DNA of 64,000 bases from a virus: the IMG/VR virus record IMGVR_UViG_3300025131_011243, positions 1 through 64,000 of that record; one strand, given 5' to 3'. Below, piece by piece: positions 58,732-64,000 of the stretch. A model generated the notes under the pieces. That model saw only the letters and a list, made by a program, of their open reading frames with translations, ran no database searches and was not told where the DNA came from. Both the position numbers and the translations under genes were made by a program. Position 1 is the first letter of the stretch; each line of letters opens with the position of its first letter.

Positions 58732-61700
58732 CTATTGGCGGTTATACGCCTGTTTCCATTGAGCGTCGTCGTCGGCTTGCGCCGCAGCCACACGCTGTCC
58801 GAGCGTGAACAACTGCTGGAGTTGTGAGCTAAGCTCATTAGGCTTGGAAGCCTTATACAACTCGTCGCCAACTTCGCTACTAATTACAGGGGCCTTACCT
58901 TCGATTCCCCTCGACGCCGTGTCGAATCCCTTTTGGCTTGCGAACAAAGACTTTTCATAGTCTTTGATCTGAGCAGGTTTGTAAGCCTGAAGCTCTGCTA
59001 CTTTTTGCTGAAGTTGTTCGGACTGGATAAGTCCAGCCTGAATCATTTTTCCAGCTACTCGATAAGCTTCATTCATACTTGCCTCGGATTCCTGTGCATC
59101 GCTACTAGCGATGACGGTGCCTTTGTCTCTAGTTTGTTTCTCAGGGTCGATGTCATTTTCATCTTCATGCCCCAAGAGTTGGTTATCAGCCGGAATTTCC
59201 GGATGATCTTCAGGAGAGTCAGGTTTATCGCCCATACTTTCCTGTTCATGTCCCATCATCGAAACATTACCTTCGCCCTTCACTCCTTCGAGTGCTTCTT
59301 CGTCGCCGTCGCCTCTTGGCTTACGCTTCGAGCCTTCGGGGATACCGGCCAAGTCCTCATTTTTCTGGACTGGCTGAATATCTTCATCTTCATCAACGGG
59401 CTTAGGAGCTTCGAGTTTCTTATTTTGTGCCTCAAGGATTCTGTTTGCCAAAGCATTCATTCGATCCTTGGGGTTTCCAAATCCGTTCATTGCGGCCAGT
59501 TCAGCTTCTTTCTGTAGATCTTCTTCGGATGCAGCCTGTGAAGTACCGGCTCCATCTTCGCCGCCTGTGTAGCGATCATCGCCGCCTGTGTATCCCTGTT
59601 CCTCTTCATGTCCCATGGATGGGGAACCGACAGGAATTTCGGGCTGAGGCTTATCCTGAGGATTCAGGTCTGAAGGCTCTTGCCCGATAGTGGCGTTATC
59701 TCTTGGGACTTCAGGGTCGTTGGCCTTAGGAGGATCTTCATGCCCGATGGTTCCGGCATCTTCTCCGCCCGTATAAGGCTTAACTTCCTCTGAGTCTTGT
59801 ACGTTTTCGTGTTGAATCTGAGTAACTTGAGCTTCTTTATTCTCGCCTTCGATTGCGGCGATGACATCTGAAAGATCCATATTAATCTTTCCTGTTTGTC
59901 CAAAATCTGATCGCATGTTCATGGCTTGAATAAACTCCTGTTCCTGTTCTTGTTCTTCTCCGAACAATCCCGTCTCTGCGGGACGTGCTTCTTCTTCCAT
60001 CAAATCATCGTCGCCTTCTTTGAATTCATCGCCTACAGGAACTTCTGGGTTATCTTCTTCAATAACCTCATCTTCGATTCCTTCTTTTTCTCCAACAACG
60101 TCATCAATTACATCTTCAGCGGCATCTTCTACGACGCCATCTGGGTGATGATCTTCTGCTGCGATATCTTCAGGAGATTCGCCAAGAGCCTCATCGAGAC
60201 CTCGGTCTACTTCTTCAGTTACGCCAGGTTCAGCCTTCTCAAGTTCTGTGATAAGGTCGATGACCTTTTGAGCAACACCTTCGCCTTCCATCATTTCCAC
60301 ACCTTCGCCGCCGACTTCGTCGCCGCCGAATGGATCAACTTCATCATCCAGATCATCGATTCCGCCAACTTCGACTGGGATATCTTCAACTTCGTCAGTT
60401 TCCATCAATCCTGCGAGGTCATCGGCAAATTTATGAACTGGAGAAGCAAGAGCTTCCTTGAGGGAACCGCAACGAGAAACTGCTTCTCTGATTGCGTAAC
60501 CGCTGCGAACCTGATGCTCGACGCACTCTTCGTCGCCGTCTCGTTTGTCCTGCCAGATGCTGGCAAGCTTGACGGCCAATCCATCGGTATAAACGTCTGC
60601 GTTCTTCAACGAACTGCAAACGCAATCGTAAATTGGCTTACCTTCGCAAGGACCACTGAGGGCCAATGCATTTTCGCCAAAACGACGAGCTAGTTTTTCT
60701 CGGCAACTTTCGATTGGAAAAGTACCGGATACTGAGAATGCCTTCTTGTAATCGTCAACAACTGTACCAACCTTACTCGCCAGCTTGTTAAGGCCGGAGT
60801 TCTTGTCGGCTTTAACCTTCATGATGAGATCCGTCTTTTCACGGATGCTCATCTTATCGAAGTCAGCTTCAGCAACATTAAGGGCTTCTAGACCCTTGAG
60901 CAGTTCTTTGCGTGCTCTGCTGCAAGACGGGCATTCATCGCCAGCGATCTTAGGAACCCAACGCCATTCGGCGTAGGCATTCTTAGGATTCTTGGCATCA
61001 ACGGCATACTGAACCATATACTTGGTTCCGGTATCCATGCACATTCTCAAGCCATTTTCAAGCTTAATGGTGTTATTCTTACCTGTGGCAGGGCTAACGC
61101 TGCCAAGTTCGATTTCGCCTTCGGCCAATTTCTGAAGAGCTTCAGGAGTCAGACGAGTTGAGGCAGCGACCGGGATCTGAGGACCTTCGCCCTCTTCCGG
61201 AACCTCAAAGCCTTCGCCTTCGAATCCTTCAGCTTCTTCGGCACCCTTTTCATCAGAGGTAGTACCAGACCATTCCCAAACCTCGACATCGATCTTGATC
61301 GTACCCTTCGAACCGCAGTTATTGCATTCGAACTTGCCGCTGATAACATCAACGTCTTCCGAACCGCAAACCGGGCAGATGGATCCAGGAGGCAGTGGGC
61401 TAAGGTCGCCTTCAAGACCTTCTTCGCCGCCCAATTCATCCGGAGTAGTGCTCAGGCTTTCGACAGGAGCAGCACCGGCATCAGGAGGCTGAGGTAGGGA
61501 AGCGCCAGCACCAGGTGCTTGTGCGGCTCCGCCTTGTCCACCCATTTCGCCGCCGAACATTTGAGCTTCTTTAGTTCGTTCTGCTCTTGCGGCGGTCTTG
61601 GTTTCGGCGTCGTCAGAAGCTACGGGCATTGCCCCACCGGCTCCGCCTCCGCCAGCGACTCCCGCACCCATCATGGGCTTGGGTTCGCCAAGAACATCAT

Positions 61701-64000
61701 CAACAACATCATCGGCAGCGTCTTCGTCGCCAAGGTCGATGTCAGAGCAAGGGCCTTCGTCTTCGCCCATGAATTCAGGACCATCAACACCATCGATAGC
61801 GAGCGAGCCTGCGGCTCCTTCGGGATCGATTTCGATAGTAATAACCTGAGCTTTCTTGTTACCAAGCTGAGCTTGTGCGAACTTGTTGCATGCTTCGATG
61901 AACGGAGCCTTGTCGGCAGGATCAGCACCTACTTCTTTGATCGATGCGTAGATGCGAAATCGACCGTCAAGACCTGAGATAGCGTCGTCCAACGCAGAAA
62001 ACTTGTCAGTGATCGGTTCATCTTCATGAACTTCGCTGAGCTTAGTTTTGACAATTGTGTCAACTTCTTTCATGGCTTCCTTGGAACGAAGAACATGTGA
62101 TACTGATTCGTAAACGTCTTCGACCTTAAGGCCATGCTGAGCGTTGTCGGCAACGGCGAAGATCATGGCATCGAGACTATCTGGAGTTTCGACGCTCTTT
62201 GTAGCCATCTTACGGAAGTAAGAAACATTATTGGCTACGGCAATGCGGTCTTCGCCCTTATGAGGAAGTGCGTTAATCAAGGTTAAGTAAGCGGCCTTTT
62301 CTCGCATATCGTCGTTGTCCTGAATCTTGGAAGCGACTCTGGTCAACTCTGCGGGAGTTCGGTTGTACTTAGCGATTGCATCGGAGATAGCTCCGACAGC
62401 GACCTTAACAACGGCTTGAGCATATTCTCTTGAAGCCCAACGCTTGATGCCGTAATCCTGATTACGCAATTGATCTTCGGTAATCGTTTCATAGGTTCCG
62501 ACAAAGCGGTGGCTACTGAGCAGATCTTTAAGCTGAGCTTCGGTAATCCACTCTTCTTGATCTGTAGAAAGTTTAGAAGCAACGGCACGAGAAAAATCGT
62601 TCCATTGCTTTTCAGTGATGACATCTTGCATATCTTTCCAGCGAACAATGTAGCCTTCAGAGACTACGTCAAGCTGGTCTTCGGTAATCGTTTCATACGT
62701 ACCTCGACGAGTTTGTGGACTTTCGCTGGTTGTGTCATTGACGGGTTCGTTATCTAGACCGAGTTGTTGATCACTCTCGGTAATACCTTCATAGGTATCG
62801 CCTGTTCTTGGGTGAAGGTCTAGGTCATTGGCATCTCGTATTTGTTTTTCAGTAATAACTTCGCCTTGCGAAGCGTCGTCATCTGACGGATTGCCAATAG
62901 ATGCTGTTTTTTCCTGATCAGACATTGTTTCTGACTCCTTGGAATTCCTATTTTCTAATACTGTTTGGGCTGCCTTTTCGACATCCTGCCCAAACAGGCT
63001 TTGGATGTCCTCTGATAATTCAGAAAGGTGAGAGACCTTAAGGACCTCCTCACCTTTAGCTTCTGTTACATATGATCCGTCGAAGGTAACGGAATACCCG
63101 TTATCTCCAGAAACTGTTGTTGTTGACATATTCTTGTCTCTTAAGTTAGAAACAGTGTTACGGACCTCTTCGATCCTTCTTGTGACTTTCGATGCTGCTT
63201 TTATAAATTCCTTCTTTGAATTCAGTAATTCGTTTGACAATTTCGGTTTAGTGATCGTACCGACCCCACCCAAGTCGCCCGTTTCTGACCCTGGCATAGA
63301 TGTTGCCACAGGCTCAGGAGGTGCTTGCGGAGGTGCTTCAGGACCCGCTGGATCTATTAAAGCAGGACCTTCGGATTCGCTAACTACATCTGGAGAAGGT
63401 AGTTGTGAATAACCCATTTCGTTTAATTCGTCTACAAGATCTTGAACTTTCTCCATAGCTTCAACCAGGTCAGACACATACGCCATCGAGATATGTTCTT
63501 TTTGAGACAACATAGAGCGAGTAACTTCTTCCATATTGGTCATTGCATTTTTTAATGCTTCAAGTTCATTAACTCCGGCCTCTTTTTCCATAAGTTCAGA
63601 GTTTACTTTGACAAAACCCTCATCATTAACATTGGATGCCATCTTGACTACTTGAGCACTAAGTTCGGCAACCTTCTGCTGTACCGAAGGTTTATGAAGG
63701 ATGCAATCAACCAAGCAATCATGACAAGCTGGATTAACAACGAACGAATCCTCAATGAACTTGAGTCCGAAGTTATGCTCAAATGCTTGTTGAGCCTGGT
63801 GAACCAGAGTTTTCTTATCGCCCTTTTCTGTTCCGCAAAGAGGGCAACTATCAGTTGGCTTATTGTTACTCTGGTGATATTCGCACTTGTAGTTACCGCT
63901 GAGTTTACGATTCTTCTTCTCTCGAATATGCGAGCAATAGTCTTCTGCTGTATGAGCATGGTTGTGGCATACTGAGCAGCAGCTATAATCCACTGCGCAG
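58732..64000 (-). CDS. giant prohead protease/scaffold protein, 5' end outside the window
   Basis: Frame open to the window edge (CAVDYSCCSVCHN..C.H..FIEDSFVVNPA, protease-like); long acidic and coiled-coil regions; directly upstream of the head genes. Confidence 0.75.
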   Translation of the reverse strand, partial: CAVDYSCCSVCHNHAHTAEDYCSHIREKKNRKLSGNYKCEYHQSNNKPTDSCPLCGTEKGDKKTLVHQAQQAFEHNFGLKFIEDSFVVNPACHDCLVDCILHKPSVQQKVAELSAQVVKMASNVNDEGFVKVNSELMEKEAGVNELEALKNAMTNMEEVTRSMLSQKEHISMAYVSDLVEAMEKVQDLVDELNEMGYSQLPSPDVVSESEGPALIDPAGPEAPPQAPPEPVATSMPGSETGDLGGVGTITKPKLSNELLNSKKEFIKAASKVTRRIEEVRNTVSNLRDKNMSTTTVSGDNGYSVTFDGSYVTEAKGEEVLKVSHLSELSEDIQSLFGQDVEKAAQTVLENRNSKESETMSDQEKTASIGNPSDDDASQGEVITEKQIRDANDLDLHPRTGDTYEGITESDQQLGLDNEPVNDTTSESPQTRRGTYETITEDQLDVVSEGYIVRWKDMQDVITEKQWNDFSRAVASKLSTDQEEWITEAQLKDLLSSHRFVGTYETITEDQLRNQDYGIKRWASREYAQAVVKVAVGAISDAIAKYNRTPAELTRVASKIQDNDDMREKAAYLTLINALPHKGEDRIAVANNVSYFRKMATKSVETPDSLDAMIFAVADNAQHGLKVEDVYESVSHVLRSKEAMKEVDTIVKTKLSEVHEDEPITDKFSALDDAISGLDGRFRIYASIKEVGADPADKAPFIEACNKFAQAQLGNKKAQVITIEIDPEGAAGSLAIDGVDGPEFMGEDEGPCSDIDLGDEDAADDVVDDVLGEPKPMMGAGVAGGGGAGGAMPVASDDAETKTAARAERTKEAQMFGGEMGGQGGAAQAPGAGASLPQPPDAGAAPVESLSTTPDELGGEEGLEGDLSPLPPGSICPVCGSEDVDVISGKFECNNCGSKGTIKIDVEVWEWSGTTSDEKGAEEAEGFEGEGFEVPEEGEGPQIPVAASTRLTPEALQKLAEGEIELGSVSPATGKNNTIKLENGLRMCMDTGTKYMVQYAVDAKNPKNAYAEWRWVPKIAGDECPSCSRARKELLKGLEALNVAEADFDKMSIREKTDLIMKVKADKNSGLNKLASKVGTVVDDYKKAFSVSGTFPIESCREKLARRFGENALALSGPCEGKPIYDCVCSSLKNADVYTDGLAVKLASIWQDKRDGDEECVEHQVRSGYAIREAVSRCGSLKEALASPVHKFADDLAGLMETDEVEDIPVEVGGIDDLDDEVDPFGGDEVGGEGVEMMEGEGVAQKVIDLITELEKAEPGVTEEVDRGLDEALGESPEDIAAEDHHPDGVVEDAAEDVIDDVVGEKEGIEDEVIEEDNPEVPVGDEFKEGDDDLMEEEARPAETGLFGEEQEQEQEFIQAMNMRSDFGQTGKINMDLSDVIAAIEGENKEAQVTQIQHENVQDSEEVKPYTGGEDAGTIGHEDPPKANDPEVPRDNATIGQEPSDLNPQDKPQPEIPVGSPSMGHEEEQGYTGGDDRYTGGEDGAGTSQAASEEDLQKEAELAAMNGFGNPKDRMNALANRILEAQNKKLEAPKPVDEDEDIQPVQKNEDLAGIPEGSKRKPRGDGDEEALEGVKGEGNVSMMGHEQESMGDKPDSPEDHPEIPADNQLLGHEDENDIDPEKQTRDKGTVIASSDAQESEASMNEAYRVAGKMIQAGLIQSEQLQQKVAELQAYKPAQIKDYEKSLFASQKGFDTASRGIEGKAPVISSEVGDELYKASKPNELSSQLQQLFTLGQRVAAAQADDDAQWKQAYNRQ

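Noticed and set aside
57390-63975. Plus-strand ORFs over the head genes (e.g. 57390-57995, 58933-59517, 59926-60693)
   Set aside because: Antisense shadows of strongly codon-biased genes.
1-64000. Genome-wide stop-codon reassignment (code 4, 15 or 25)
   Set aside because: Long genes (1753, 1056, 944, 801 aa) are intact in code 11, and TGA, TAG and TAA all end genes with tight overlaps; internal stops are confined to a few genes.

Overview
This is a densely coded, mostly minus-strand segment of a large tailed-phage genome. The right end holds a head module: a giant prohead protease/scaffold running off the window, a decoration protein and the major capsid protein. The rest is accessory: homing endonucleases, an intein-split subtilisin, sugar-modifying enzymes, a CCA-adding enzyme, a release factor, IscA, a UvrD helicase and a GHKL ATPase. 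The most striking pattern is 21 otherwise unrelated genes that all begin with MNW(F/Y/H), usually followed by (K/R)-x-(A/S). They encode ADP-ribosyltransferase-like, GNAT, HAD, DnaJ, methyltransferase, CCA-adding and other proteins. A second leader, M(R/K)x(I/V)(R/K)TxG(W/Y), occurs on 5 genes. The same KxA tripeptide recurs throughout the scaffold. The leader clusters share an AGG-N19-G(A/T)A promoter-like motif, and the leader DNA often supplies the stop codon of the upstream gene. I infer a capsid-targeting, protease-cleaved cargo system that acquires new genes as cassettes; this is inference, not demonstrated. Also seen: two in-frame TGA codons in the release-factor gene, several other C-to-T-compatible stops, a tRNA-like RNA and a NADAR remnant. 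Family assignments are by eye from motifs; no searches were run.
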